Virus record (IMG/VR): IMGVR_UViG_3300045988_081419
Span: 1-64,000 of that record
Source: a virus
Length of the DNA stretch: 64,000 nucleotides
Strand: one strand, 5' to 3'
Positions 19,768 through 29,963 of this stretch are shown here, one piece after another. A program made the translations under genes and the position numbers. The notes under the pieces were generated by a model. That model was given only the letters and a program-made list of their open reading frames with translations, was not told the origin of the DNA and searched no databases. The first letter of the stretch is position 1, and each line of letters opens with the position of its first letter.

Positions 19768-20617
19768 TCAGTTTACCTCCAATATCTTCAATATCAACTT
19801 CTTCATCAGTCACTAAAGGCAAGGTCTGTACTGTAATCTCCTTATACCCAAAAAGCTGATTCCTCTCAATAGAGAAAACAGCAATATAATAAAGGGTGTC
19901 TGGTTTAAGTCCTGTCACTCTCTTAAAGGTGTTTCTAAAGTTCTGAGAAGATAAAACCAGTATAGCAGATTCTTCTACTTTATCCTCGGCTCTATATCCC
20001 TCTCGGTACAAGTCAACAATAGGCTTCTCACTGATATACACTAAGAACTTTCCAAAGTGGTCGTTATTAAAAGAAGACCAACTAAAGGACAAGGACTCAT
20101 TAGTGATTTCGCCTATTTTTATCCTTACGATAGGTTTCGGACCATATTCATAATTTCTTCTGGTATAGTGATTCTTTGAGCGAATTGTGTCATAGGTAGT
20201 AACACCTTGTATTCCAGTGTTAGGGTCTGTCATTCCTCCACCATTGTCTACCCAGTCTTCATACTCCCCTTGTGCTTCTTGTGCAAGAGCAATATAGTGT
20301 TTAAACCTCTGGTCTCGCTTCAACTGGTTATTGTTATCCGCTGTAAGGTCATACAGAGGTGCGGAAGTAACTGCCAGTTTCATATAGAGTTCTTTCTTAG
20401 ACAAGAGAATAACTGGATAATCAGAACCCGGTGGTAAATCAGTAAGGTCTTCCGCTGATGGGAAGACCTTTGACATACCTAACTTGAGGAACATGATAAG
20501 GTCTTCATCAGTCATGGTAAGAAAAGCCGGGTCTTTAATCTCAGCTTCTTCATTCTGTACATTTACTGCACTCCTTAAAAGTGCAATCAACTCATTAACT
20601 GTAAAAACCATTTTCAC
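19760..20617 (-). CDS. Head-tail connector protein with C-terminal Ig/FN3-like domain
   Basis: 285 aa; C-terminal SFSWSSF...YYIAVFS pattern is FN3-like; positional. Confidence 0.4.
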   Translation of the reverse strand: MKMVFTVNELIALLRSAVNVQNEEAEIKDPAFLTMTDEDLIMFLKLGMSKVFPSAEDLTDLPPGSDYPVILLSKKELYMKLAVTSAPLYDLTADNNNQLKRDQRFKHYIALAQEAQGEYEDWVDNGGGMTDPNTGIQGVTTYDTIRSKNHYTRRNYEYGPKPIVRIKIGEITNESLSFSWSSFNNDHFGKFLVYISEKPIVDLYREGYRAEDKVEESAILVLSSQNFRNTFKRVTGLKPDTLYYIAVFSIERNQLFGYKEITVQTLPLVTDEEVDIEDIGGKLNG

Positions 20618-20633
20618 TACCTCCTATCTCACA

Positions 20634-20993
20634 TTAAAGAGGAGACAAGATTCCTGCTCTGTTAAGAGTGTTCTTAACAAACTCTGGAACATTGTAACAC
20701 ATACCCTCTTTTAAATCATAGAGTTCACCACCAATGAAACATCTGTGGTCTCTCTTTGCTCTGATTCTTACATTCTTACTTGTTACTGTTTCATCTTTCA
20801 CTGCCTGTGTGTCAACTTCTACTTCCGGCTCTGCTGTGTCTTCTGTAGTAACCTCTACTTCTGGAACAGCGTCTACTTCAACCTGCTCTTCCTCAACAGT
20901 ATCTTCTACTGTCTCCTCAACAGCTACCTCTTCTTCTATAGTGATAGGTGTGTCCTTAACTTCTTCTTTCTTAGCAACTTTCTTAACTGCCAT
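20634..20993 (-). CDS. Acidic hypothetical protein
   Basis: 119 aa; E/V/T-rich acidic N-terminal half. Confidence 0.4.
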   Translation of the reverse strand: MAVKKVAKKEEVKDTPITIEEEVAVEETVEDTVEEEQVEVDAVPEVEVTTEDTAEPEVEVDTQAVKDETVTSKNVRIRAKRDHRCFIGGELYDLKEGMCYNVPEFVKNTLNRAGILSPL

Positions 20994-21011
20994 GATATAA
21001 TTCCTCCTTAA

Positions 21012-21052
21012 TATAAAAATAAAGGGAGGGAAGATGATATTCTTCCTCCCCT
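21012..21052 (-). terminator. Rho-independent terminator
   Basis: GGGGAGGAAGA..UCUUCCCUCCC hairpin followed by UUUAUUUUU on the minus strand, after CDS 21062..21388. Confidence 0.6.
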
Positions 21053-21061
21053 TTTGTTATT

Positions 21062-21388
21062 TTATGCCATAAGACCTGCTGTTTTCAACTTAGCAAGAAG
21101 ACTATTAAAATCTGTCTTTAAAGTGTCAACATCAGTTCCAGTAGCAGTAGAATCAGCCTGTGTTGGCATTTTGGTAGCTGACAACTTCTCTTTTAACTTA
21201 TCACCCACAACTTTTGCGTCTGCGGCTTGACCCGATTTTGTAAGAGTATTGTCAACAGTCACAGAACTACCTCCATCAGAAACACCCTCAAGGAGTGCAA
21301 CGATAGCGTCCACTGCTTCATCTGGATTCTGATTTGCATAAAACAAGGCTTTCTTAATTCTTTCTCTTTGTTGTGCTGTAATTGCCAT
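21062..21388 (-). CDS. Possible head decoration / head fibre protein
   Basis: 108 aa immediately after the capsid gene; TLTKSGQAADAKVVGDKL fibre-like motif. Confidence 0.35.
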   Translation of the reverse strand: MAITAQQRERIKKALFYANQNPDEAVDAIVALLEGVSDGGSSVTVDNTLTKSGQAADAKVVGDKLKEKLSATKMPTQADSTATGTDVDTLKTDFNSLLAKLKTAGLMA

Positions 21389-21407
21389 AATGATACCTCC
21401 TTAAAAC

Positions 21408-22445
21408 TTAGGCGGTTTCAATAACAACACCATACTCGTTATTGAGAATACCTGTACCCCAGATAGCGTACCATGCAAGAGACTGTTTACGTCCGAAGTC
21501 TTCAACTCCATTATCTCTCAGCTCTACAGGCAGAGACCAAGCAATACCGTAGTATTCATCACCAAAGATAACAGACTGGTAAACATCTACCTTGTTGTTA
21601 CTTGTACCTTTCTTGAGTTCAGCTTTGTGTGCCGGGTCACTCTCTGGTGCTTTTCCGTTACACATAAGAGTAGTCTCAATGAAACGTGTGTCATCAATTC
21701 TACCAATCTCACCATTGAAAAGCTGTTCTGGATTTCCATAGTTACTTGCGTTAATCCATGCTGGGTCATCACGCAGGTCTCTACTCTGGTGTGGGTGTAC
21801 AAAACAAATCCAGTATGCACCCTCACGTTTCGGAGCATTATTTGTAGCCAGAATCTCAATAGCGTCTTTGATAGTGCTGACTTTCATCTTACAAGTCTCG
21901 TCCAGATTTTCTCTGTCTGCAACAGCAACATCACCTGTCTTAGAAGCAAACACAATGTTAGTACCAGACAGTGCTGTGTCACGAAGTTCACAGTCAAGAA
22001 CCATAGCATAGTCACGACCCAGAAGAGTTGTAGTACTTGCCATAATGTCATCAAAACTGGACTCCATTAAAAGTCTACTGTTAGATACAGCGTTACCATG
22101 CTCTGTAACAGTAATCTGTTTCATGGAACTGCTGAGTGCCTGTGTTGTCATGTCAACCATTTCAGTCAGCTTACCACCAAGTTTCAGATTGGCATAAGTC
22201 ATCATAGAAATAGTCAGACCCGGCTCAACACCTAACTCTGTCTTTCTTGTTGCAAATTGAGCGAAACGCATAACTGGCAGTGCCTTAAACTCAATCTCTC
22301 TGGAATACACCATACGGATTGCGTCTGTAAGTTTAACACCATTTTCTGTAGAAGTGGCAGTAGTAACTGCTCCTGCCGCATGAGCCTTTAACATGGCTCT
22401 GTTAATAAAACTTGCAAAAATTGTCTTTTTTGCTTTATTCATCAC
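21408..22445 (-). CDS. Major capsid protein (HK97 fold)
   Basis: 345 aa; follows the scaffold gene; size and position typical; strong terminator downstream of the next gene. Confidence 0.75.
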   Translation of the reverse strand: MMNKAKKTIFASFINRAMLKAHAAGAVTTATSTENGVKLTDAIRMVYSREIEFKALPVMRFAQFATRKTELGVEPGLTISMMTYANLKLGGKLTEMVDMTTQALSSSMKQITVTEHGNAVSNSRLLMESSFDDIMASTTTLLGRDYAMVLDCELRDTALSGTNIVFASKTGDVAVADRENLDETCKMKVSTIKDAIEILATNNAPKREGAYWICFVHPHQSRDLRDDPAWINASNYGNPEQLFNGEIGRIDDTRFIETTLMCNGKAPESDPAHKAELKKGTSNNKVDVYQSVIFGDEYYGIAWSLPVELRDNGVEDFGRKQSLAWYAIWGTGILNNEYGVVIETA

Positions 22446-22496
22446 ACTATTACCTCCTTAATTTATTTTAATTGTGTGTGGTTGCAGATTCTTCTT

Positions 22497-23309
22497 TTAT
22501 CTTAACCCCAGTTTCTTACGAACTTCTTTGTATTCCGCAGAAGCCGGGTCTAAAGAAGCTAAGTATTCAAGAGAATACTCTCCGAATTTTTCCTCAGAAG
22601 CAGGAGCAGGAGATTTAGGAGTTCTCTTCTGCTGTGTTGTCTTCTTACCATCAGTAGAAACACCTAATGTCTTCTTAATCTCTTCACTTCTTGCAAGAGC
22701 AGTAGCAAGGTTCTTATCCAGTTCTTCAACTGTATCACCAAACACTAACTCCGGCAGTAACAAGTCATCTTTGTGTTCTGCTAAAATCTGTGTCTTATGG
22801 TTCTTAACCTCATATTCTTTCTCAAGTTCTTCCCGAACTTCCTTTTCTACTTCTGCTCTGTCAACTGGTTTGTTTTTCTCAAACTCAGCCACCTTGTCTT
22901 CTAAAGACTTCTTATCCTTAGTCAAGGTATCAATCTCAGCTTTGAGTGTTTTAATCTCTTCGCTGTCACCTTGTCCGGCAGTTTTCAGTTTGTCCTGTGC
23001 TTCTTTCAACTGCTTCTCAAGGTCTACCTTTTCTAAAAGGTCATTGTTGTGTTGCTGTGTAAGAGTGTCAACCTGTCCTTGAAGTTTCTCAATTTTCTTG
23101 TACTGTTTGTCTTTCTCTTCTTTTCTTGCTTTCAGAATGAGTTCCTCAAAGTTGACTGTAGGTGTAGTCTTTTTAGCACCATCACCCTCACCACCATTGT
23201 CTTCTGGATTCTCTTCTGCAAATGCTTTAAGAGTCAGACCTCCAAAAAGTCTTTTCACGATAGCTTCTGCTGTCATAGGTCCTGCAATAATACCACGTTT
23301 CTTAGTCAT
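22497..23309 (-). CDS. Scaffolding protein
   Basis: 270 aa; K/E-rich coiled-coil composition; between portal and capsid genes. Confidence 0.65.
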   Translation of the reverse strand: MTKKRGIIAGPMTAEAIVKRLFGGLTLKAFAEENPEDNGGEGDGAKKTTPTVNFEELILKARKEEKDKQYKKIEKLQGQVDTLTQQHNNDLLEKVDLEKQLKEAQDKLKTAGQGDSEEIKTLKAEIDTLTKDKKSLEDKVAEFEKNKPVDRAEVEKEVREELEKEYEVKNHKTQILAEHKDDLLLPELVFGDTVEELDKNLATALARSEEIKKTLGVSTDGKKTTQQKRTPKSPAPASEEKFGEYSLEYLASLDPASAEYKEVRKKLGLR

Positions 23310-23402
23310 AGTGTTACCTCCATACTTTTAATTATTGTTATCTTACCACATAAAAATCCCTAAGTAAAGTGGTCTCAGAGATTTTTATGGGTGTTACGAA
23401 TG

Positions 23403-25061
23403 TTATTGTACACTTCCTCCACCGTTTTGTCCAGTGGTTTCAGTACGAACTTGTTCAATAGGTGTCTGTCCATTCATCATACCACTATTCAACTGTGGTG
23501 ACTGTCCACCTTGTTGAAACTGGTTCTGATACCAAAGGGTCTGTAACATAGGGTTAAAGAGTTCTGGGTGTTCTGCTCTCTCCTTATCAATCTCAATCAG
23601 TTTCTTAGTAAGGTCTTCCCTACCCATTCTCTCTAATGCACCATGTCTACACTCAAGCCCCAGTTTCATTTCTGTCTCCAACTTCTGTAACTCAATGAGT
23701 TCATCTTTTGGAAGTGTGTCTGGAAGTGTGACCTCATTAAACAAGAAGTCTTTCTTACTAATGTTCTCCGGCTTTTCAATAAGACCCTCTAAGAGAGAAA
23801 TATGGAGAATCATTTTATTGATTTTCTCAAATCCGTCTTTTGTACAGTGTCTTTTTACCCTTGTCTTTTCAATCAGTGGGAGGTTCATATACTGTAATGC
23901 AACACCACTGGTATTACTAATAGCACTTGCACCTCCTAAAACTGTCTCTGGAACACCACCAATTTCACACATAGAGGTCTTTAAAGACTCGGTATAGTTA
24001 CTACTTGCACTTAAATCTCCCTGCAACTCAAGGTTTGCTACTTTAGCGTCTTTTGGAAGACCACCCCACACTTTGTTAGCACCTTTCTCAAGATTACCAA
24101 TTTTTGCACCAAACACACAAGTAATAGGGGCAGAGTGATAGTCAATGATTTCCGAAATATCACTTCTCTTAGTGTTCAGTTCCACATTCAGAGGGATAAT
24201 GTCATCAAGGTCTCCCATACCATAAGTTCTTCCTGCAATCGGGAAGTTCTTAATCTGTACAAAAGGAATAACACCATAAGGGTTCTCCATTCGGTCAACT
24301 TCTTCTTTATCTTGATACACTACAATTTCATCTTTTGTCCAGATTTCTTTATAGATAACTGTAGTGACAGAAGAGCGTTTCCACAAAATACCTGTATCTC
24401 TCTTAACTTCAATAGGATACATAATTAAAAGAGAGTCCAGTTTCTCCTTGTCATGTGGATTAAATTCCGGGAACACGAACTGGGTAGGAATACAAGTGAT
24501 TCTCATTCTACCATCTGGGTACTCTTCAAATGGGTCATCTGCGTCCTCTGGTGATTCATAGCTTACTTTAACCCATGCTTCACCTGTAATAGATTTTGTC
24601 TGCCCGATTTCAACACATAACTGTTCTCTATTGTTGGAGTTCCACACTGAATTTAAGAAGTCATTGATAGTCTTTTCAACAATCTTCTCTGGCTCACCAT
24701 CAAGTTCATCTGGGTCAATAACACCGTTCATATTTTCATCTTGAATAGAGGTGTCAATCTTAGTGTCACCTACAGTAACACCTTTTCCCTCAAGTTCCAT
24801 AGGTGTTTTAATGGTAAATCCCTTACCAAACTCAAAGGAAACAAACTTGTTTACAAAAGGTCTACAATAGTTAAAAGTCACTTGAGGACTGTCGAGGTCA
24901 TCAATTCCCTCCCAATGATACCCCTCATAAAAGTTCCATGCTTCTTTGATTTTTTCAAGTCTTAATATCTCAGTGTTTGTAAGGTCTCCTGCACTTACTA
25001 AACCATTGATATTCAGTGTTTCTTCTAACCCTGAATTATATCTGTGTTTAAAGTTATTCAT
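23403..25061 (-). CDS. Portal protein
   Basis: 552 aa directly downstream of the large terminase; Q/G-rich C-terminus. Confidence 0.7.
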   Translation of the reverse strand: MNNFKHRYNSGLEETLNINGLVSAGDLTNTEILRLEKIKEAWNFYEGYHWEGIDDLDSPQVTFNYCRPFVNKFVSFEFGKGFTIKTPMELEGKGVTVGDTKIDTSIQDENMNGVIDPDELDGEPEKIVEKTINDFLNSVWNSNNREQLCVEIGQTKSITGEAWVKVSYESPEDADDPFEEYPDGRMRITCIPTQFVFPEFNPHDKEKLDSLLIMYPIEVKRDTGILWKRSSVTTVIYKEIWTKDEIVVYQDKEEVDRMENPYGVIPFVQIKNFPIAGRTYGMGDLDDIIPLNVELNTKRSDISEIIDYHSAPITCVFGAKIGNLEKGANKVWGGLPKDAKVANLELQGDLSASSNYTESLKTSMCEIGGVPETVLGGASAISNTSGVALQYMNLPLIEKTRVKRHCTKDGFEKINKMILHISLLEGLIEKPENISKKDFLFNEVTLPDTLPKDELIELQKLETEMKLGLECRHGALERMGREDLTKKLIEIDKERAEHPELFNPMLQTLWYQNQFQQGGQSPQLNSGMMNGQTPIEQVRTETTGQNGGGSVQ

Positions 25062-25066
25062 TTCAC

Positions 25067-26806
25067 TTACCTCCGTCTTCTGGCAGTAAATCTATTTCTG
25101 CCCCTTTGTTGTGTTTGATAGTTTAAAGGCTTACTGTTTCTAAACAAGGTCTCCCTGTCTTTTGTTTCTGTTTCGTCTCTTGCTCCGGGTTCTCTTGCTC
25201 CCCATAAAGCTAAAGCCCAACTGTCCGGGTAGTCATCATGTGCCCCTCTTTCATCTGGGTGGCTTACTACTAGATTACTACCACTGTAACCTTTTTGCAA
25301 ATCTGCCATCTGCTGTATAAACTCTTTATACTCTTTAGACTCTTGCACCTCTTTGTTGTTTGGGTACTTCGCTCTACCAGAGTTAATCTCTTTGTCCAGA
25401 TTTTTATAGAGTTCAGACTTACTCTTTGTACTAAAGGTAAATAACTCTACCTCAAACTTCACATTCGCCCTAATTCTCTGACCCAGACTCGACTCTCTGG
25501 TAGCGTCTACAACCAGTTTTGAAATACGGAAATTCTTTAGGTAGTCCATAATGATTGCATACTGTTCTTCATAGTCTTTCGCAATCTCTGGGTTTATCTT
25601 CAACCAGTCTTTAATGTAAGTGTTGTAAGCAAGATACACTTCCTCCTCATGTGTTTCTTCATTGTAGGAAGACTCCATTAAAACTGGGTTCTCCCAGTCT
25701 ACTTCTACAATAGTCACTATAGTACTATCAGCGTCTTTACTGTTTTTTCCCTTTCTATCACTTCCACCACCTACATCAATACCTCCAACATGGTTTGCAA
25801 TGAGGTCTCTTTCAACTCTCTCTAAAAATGGGTCTCCGCAATTTGCTTCAAATTCATCAAGGTCAATGAACATACCTCTTGAGATAATCCACTCAAGGTT
25901 ATAGGACATACGGAACTCGTCACTATTCTCTCCCAGACTTCTCTTCTCTCTCTCAATGTATTTAGCATACCTCGGATTGTATTTCTGAACCACCTTGTAG
26001 TTATACTCAAAGTGATTTCTGATTTTAATTTTCTTCTCCTCATAGTCTTTTTTGTTTCTCTGAATTGCTTCGTAGAAGTCACCCTTAAAAGTGGTGGCAG
26101 TACCAATCTTACAGATAGTAGCATTGTAAGCCGCACCCATAGGGTGAATAGATTTTCTAATTTTATAGTTAGAAATATCTTGACACTCCTCACAGATAAT
26201 GAACTTAAAAGACTCACCCTCAATATTACTTCCATCACTGGCAGAGATAGCAGTTACAAATGAACCATTAGTAAGTGCTACAGTCTGACCGTTAGATGTT
26301 GAGAAGTCTAATCTAAAGTCCGGGTCTTCAAGGATTGCCATACTCTCTTTACACTGGATTCTTGATTTCATACGTCTGTATGTAATTTGTGCCTGTCTTT
26401 GACTTGGTGCGAAAATTCCCACCCAGAATCCGTCTTTAAACATTTGAAGTCTTGGGTCATCAGCAAACATAGGCATATTCGCCAACTGGGGAAGAATAAT
26501 CATAAGACCACCTACAGTGATAGCAATAGTCTCTGTCTTACCACTCTGACGAGCAAAAAGAGCAGTTATCTCTGCTCCATCATTTTCAAGTACAGACCTT
26601 ATAATTCTCTTTGAAAACTGTGTCTGGTATTTATACATCACTCTACCAGAGTACACTTCACAGAAATTATAAATCCTATCAACTAATTCAGTAGTGGAAA
26701 TTCTTCCTGCATGGGCTGTTTCTACATACCAATCTGTAAAAAAATCCATGATAATTGCAATAATGACTCTCACGTTAAATAAAACAATTTTTGCTATTCT
26801 CTTCAC
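25067..26806 (-). CDS. Terminase large subunit
   Basis: Walker A ARQSGKTETIA; C-terminal nuclease-type acidic residues; GTG start preceded by GAGGTG. Confidence 0.8.
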   Translation of the reverse strand: MKRIAKIVLFNVRVIIAIIMDFFTDWYVETAHAGRISTTELVDRIYNFCEVYSGRVMYKYQTQFSKRIIRSVLENDGAEITALFARQSGKTETIAITVGGLMIILPQLANMPMFADDPRLQMFKDGFWVGIFAPSQRQAQITYRRMKSRIQCKESMAILEDPDFRLDFSTSNGQTVALTNGSFVTAISASDGSNIEGESFKFIICEECQDISNYKIRKSIHPMGAAYNATICKIGTATTFKGDFYEAIQRNKKDYEEKKIKIRNHFEYNYKVVQKYNPRYAKYIEREKRSLGENSDEFRMSYNLEWIISRGMFIDLDEFEANCGDPFLERVERDLIANHVGGIDVGGGSDRKGKNSKDADSTIVTIVEVDWENPVLMESSYNEETHEEEVYLAYNTYIKDWLKINPEIAKDYEEQYAIIMDYLKNFRISKLVVDATRESSLGQRIRANVKFEVELFTFSTKSKSELYKNLDKEINSGRAKYPNNKEVQESKEYKEFIQQMADLQKGYSGSNLVVSHPDERGAHDDYPDSWALALWGAREPGARDETETKDRETLFRNSKPLNYQTQQRGRNRFTARRRR

Positions 26807-26894
26807 TTTCTCACCTCAATATCCAAAAATAAGGGTAAAGACTTCTCAATCTTTACCCAAATTATATATCATATCAAGTTAATTGTCCACAGCG

Positions 26895-27401
26895 TTATTT
26901 TCTTTTATATCCTCTGGTGTATCGTGGACGCTCCCGATATTTCTGTAGTGCTTTGTTATTCTGTTTATTACACACTTCGACTACTTTACCACAGGTCTTC
27001 ACATCAAACATTCCTATATGACACTCTTCTTGTGGTATTCTAAGCATAGCAGACAACCAGATATATGCTTCTTTTCTTGTCATTAACCCAGACTTCCAAA
27101 GAGGGTCAAATGCTTCATGTGCATTATGCTTTGCTCTCCTTAAAATACTATCTGCTAATCTTCCTAAAGGAATTGTCGTGCCGGGGTGACACCCTACATA
27201 AGAATCACACTGAGGAAAGTTACTACACACCCACATCTTTCCGTAGTCTTTGTTGTTATGGTACACATAATGAGAATCTCTCAACACCACAGGAGAACCA
27301 CAATAAGGACACTTTTTAGTGAATCCATAATTGTTGTTGTCATTCAACTTATATTTCTTTTTACTCATACTTATCTCTCCTACATAACGTGGTCTTTCCA
27401 C
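26895..27401 (-). CDS. Zinc-ribbon DNA-binding protein (DUF3268-like); small terminase only by position
   Basis: CPYCGSP...CSNFPQCDSYVGCHPG topoisomerase-type C4 zinc finger; lies just upstream of TerL. Confidence 0.45.
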   Translation of the reverse strand: MERPRYVGEISMSKKKYKLNDNNNYGFTKKCPYCGSPVVLRDSHYVYHNNKDYGKMWVCSNFPQCDSYVGCHPGTTIPLGRLADSILRRAKHNAHEAFDPLWKSGLMTRKEAYIWLSAMLRIPQEECHIGMFDVKTCGKVVEVCNKQNNKALQKYRERPRYTRGYKRK

Positions 27402-28942
27402 TTACACTCAAGAGCAGACTTGTCTGGTCTCATTCTAAAGAATCTAGGGTGTCTCATTTTACCTGTGTCTTTAAAGAGTTCATTGGCTTTCACTTCTACT
27501 ACTTCCCCGACAAAAGTTCTCTTGTACCAGTCTTTACTCTCTGTGATATGCTTATTATGTTTCTCCTCTTCTGGTGTAATTCTCACACACTCACCAGTTT
27601 TCTTATTCACCCATGAGAAAGAAAAGTCTAATCTAACATCATCACTAAATCCTGCACAGTCTCCCACTTCAAGAACTTTACACTCTTTTCCCTCAAGAGT
27701 CATTGTTTCTACTTCAAACTTTTTACCTTTCGGAAGGCTCTTTAATTCTTCGTCAGTGATAACAACACCATATCGGATATTACCAATCATTCTATAGTAG
27801 TGGAATCTGGTAACTGGTGTTAGTCCTCTGTTTAAAAGACTCTTTGCTGAGGTCTGGCTCATTATGTCCACATTCTGTCTTCTGTATTCTACGTCTATCC
27901 AATAATCCCATCTATCTTTCGGGAATTTACCCTCATACACATCAGTAGGTTCAGTGAATCCCATAATAACACATTCTCTGGTTAAAAACTTCTTGATTTT
28001 AAGATAGTTCTTACCTCTCTTGTGTTCATACTTGCCGGACTCTGGCTTTACAATACAACCCTCACCACCAGTAGATACTATAAGTTCATAGTAACCTCTA
28101 GGGGTAAGTCTGTCATTTCCACCATGCAAACACTCATAAATCTCTGAATAGACTTCTTTATTATTCTCTAACTCAAGTAAATACTGGTCTTCATCAAACT
28201 CACCGACTCTCTTAACCATTTCATTATAAGCAGAAACATGAGTCCTTGTGTTTGGGTCTATTAAATACTCTCCGCACACATAGTAAGGTACAAACTCTAT
28301 GTACTTACTGCCGATTTCTTCAATAGCCTGTTTCAGATAGTGCTTTCTCCTTGAGAGTGGCATATTTCTCAAATCAATACCTTTGTACTTGATAATATCA
28401 AAAGCATGGAGAGAGATAAACCCTTTCTCAAGCTGTCGGTCTACTGCTTTATCCCACAAACAGTTAAGTGTACTTGACACTTCTTTAAAAGGCTGACCGT
28501 TAATAAACATTTCACCATCAAGAATAGTTCCTGCAAGTTCTGGACAATCAATATCTCTTATCTGTGGAACACTGTCTGTATTCTCTGCATAGAACCCACT
28601 CTTCTTACTTATTCTCCGGCTGAACACTCTGGTATAACCTATCTTTGTACCATCAAGGTTTTCTTGACTAAAAAATTGCACGATACCTCTTGTACCATCA
28701 AACTTCTCTTCAAGCAAATTTGTGGTGTCTGCCAATTCTAAATCTTGGTCTTCTTCGCCCTCAATTTCTTTCGCTGTCATTGGTTCATAACCTCTAACAC
28801 CTGCAAATTTATATGCTTCTGGACAATCCCATTCTGATAATGGAAACATAGACACTAACTCTTCTGGCTCTCCATTCTCATTGTCAGCATACAGTCTATT
28901 GTCCTGTCCTCTGTACAGCTTTGGAAACATTTCTTGTTTCAA
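27380..28942 (-). CDS. ATP-dependent DNA ligase
   Basis: Nucleotidyltransferase motifs I EEKFDGTRG, III LDGEMF, IV EGCIVK, V YLKIKK. Confidence 0.8.
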   Translation of the reverse strand: MKQEMFPKLYRGQDNRLYADNENGEPEELVSMFPLSEWDCPEAYKFAGVRGYEPMTAKEIEGEEDQDLELADTTNLLEEKFDGTRGIVQFFSQENLDGTKIGYTRVFSRRISKKSGFYAENTDSVPQIRDIDCPELAGTILDGEMFINGQPFKEVSSTLNCLWDKAVDRQLEKGFISLHAFDIIKYKGIDLRNMPLSRRKHYLKQAIEEIGSKYIEFVPYYVCGEYLIDPNTRTHVSAYNEMVKRVGEFDEDQYLLELENNKEVYSEIYECLHGGNDRLTPRGYYELIVSTGGEGCIVKPESGKYEHKRGKNYLKIKKFLTRECVIMGFTEPTDVYEGKFPKDRWDYWIDVEYRRQNVDIMSQTSAKSLLNRGLTPVTRFHYYRMIGNIRYGVVITDEELKSLPKGKKFEVETMTLEGKECKVLEVGDCAGFSDDVRLDFSFSWVNKKTGECVRITPEEEKHNKHITESKDWYKRTFVGEVVEVKANELFKDTGKMRHPRFFRMRPDKSALECKWKDHVM

Positions 28943-29001
28943 TCAAAACACCTCTCTTTCATACAATTAGTATAGCACATATAAGACTTTAAGAAAAACA
29001 C

Positions 29002-29328
29002 CTACTCTTGAATATCATCTGGTGTTTCCTGCACTTGTGCGTCTCTTAACTCTTTGAGTTTATATGTCCTTAACTCTGAGAGAAGTTTATCTCTTTCTCC
29101 AATAACTCTGATAAGTTCTGCATATACTCTCCTTGTAGGTTGGTCCGTAGTTGAAGCAATGTACTGTACACAATAATTAGTCAACTGTTCAGAAGTTAAA
29201 GAAGCCGGAGGTGTTGGCTTTGTCTCCTCAATCTCTGGGAGGTCTACTTCTTTTAAAATATCACTCTGATTTCTTCCTCCTCTAAATGTTACATCAATCA
29301 CTTCATGCTTTCCCGGAATGTGTGGCAT
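29002..29328 (-). CDS. Hypothetical protein
   Basis: 108-aa co-oriented ORF. Confidence 0.4.
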   Translation of the reverse strand: MPHIPGKHEVIDVTFRGGRNQSDILKEVDLPEIEETKPTPPASLTSEQLTNYCVQYIASTTDQPTRRVYAELIRVIGERDKLLSELRTYKLKELRDAQVQETPDDIQE

Positions 29329-29329
29329 A

Positions 29330-29881
29330 TTACTTTTCCTCCTTTACAATAAGTACTTCATTTAACAGTGCTGACAGATTTCCCTTTCTGTTCATGTCTT
29401 TAATGGACACAAGCTGATTACCCTCAAGCAAGGCACTTTTCAGTGCTTCTAAATTATCGTCCTTGATAATCACATGGCTGTAAATTATAGGGTCACAAAT
29501 ACCGGGGTCTGGATTGTAAACACCTATAGGTGTGAACTGAGAATTAAACATCAGCTTGTGATTTTCTGGCAAGGTGCAATCAATCAATTTTGCTACTGCC
29601 AGACTGGAAAGATAAGCTACAAGGTCATACCCTTTATGTGGCAACGCTTGATTAAGATTTAAAGACACATAGTATCTCTTCCTGTCTGTCTCATGCTCTA
29701 CAACCATGTTTGTGTATGCAGTCCTCACAGAAGTACAGAAACACAATGGAACACACCCACTCTCATAGGCTTCTTCTCTGGTGTTAAAGAACTGTAGCTT
29801 ACTGAGAACTTCCTCCACGTCAACGTCTTTCTGAACTGACACTCTCACCTTTAATAAGGATTTATCAATACAAGCTATCAT
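29330..29881 (-). CDS. Hypothetical protein
   Basis: 183-aa co-oriented ORF, 1-nt gap to the next gene. Confidence 0.45.
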   Translation of the reverse strand: MIACIDKSLLKVRVSVQKDVDVEEVLSKLQFFNTREEAYESGCVPLCFCTSVRTAYTNMVVEHETDRKRYYVSLNLNQALPHKGYDLVAYLSSLAVAKLIDCTLPENHKLMFNSQFTPIGVYNPDPGICDPIIYSHVIIKDDNLEALKSALLEGNQLVSIKDMNRKGNLSALLNEVLIVKEEK

Positions 29882-29894
29882 TCATCTTACCTCC

Positions 29895-29935
29895 TTAAAA
29901 TAAATATAGGGAACAGATTTCTCTGCTCCCTATAT
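29895..29935 (-). terminator. Rho-independent terminator
   Basis: UAGGGAGCAG..CUGUUCCCUA hairpin then UAUUUAUUUU on the minus strand, after CDS 29964..31097. Confidence 0.6.
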
Positions 29936-29963
29936 ATTAGCATATCAAACTGCCCGATTCAAC

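Noticed and set aside
22474-23082. 202-aa plus-strand S/F/L-rich ORF
   Set aside because: Antisense to the K/E-rich scaffold gene. The composition is simply the complement of AAG/GAA-rich codons.
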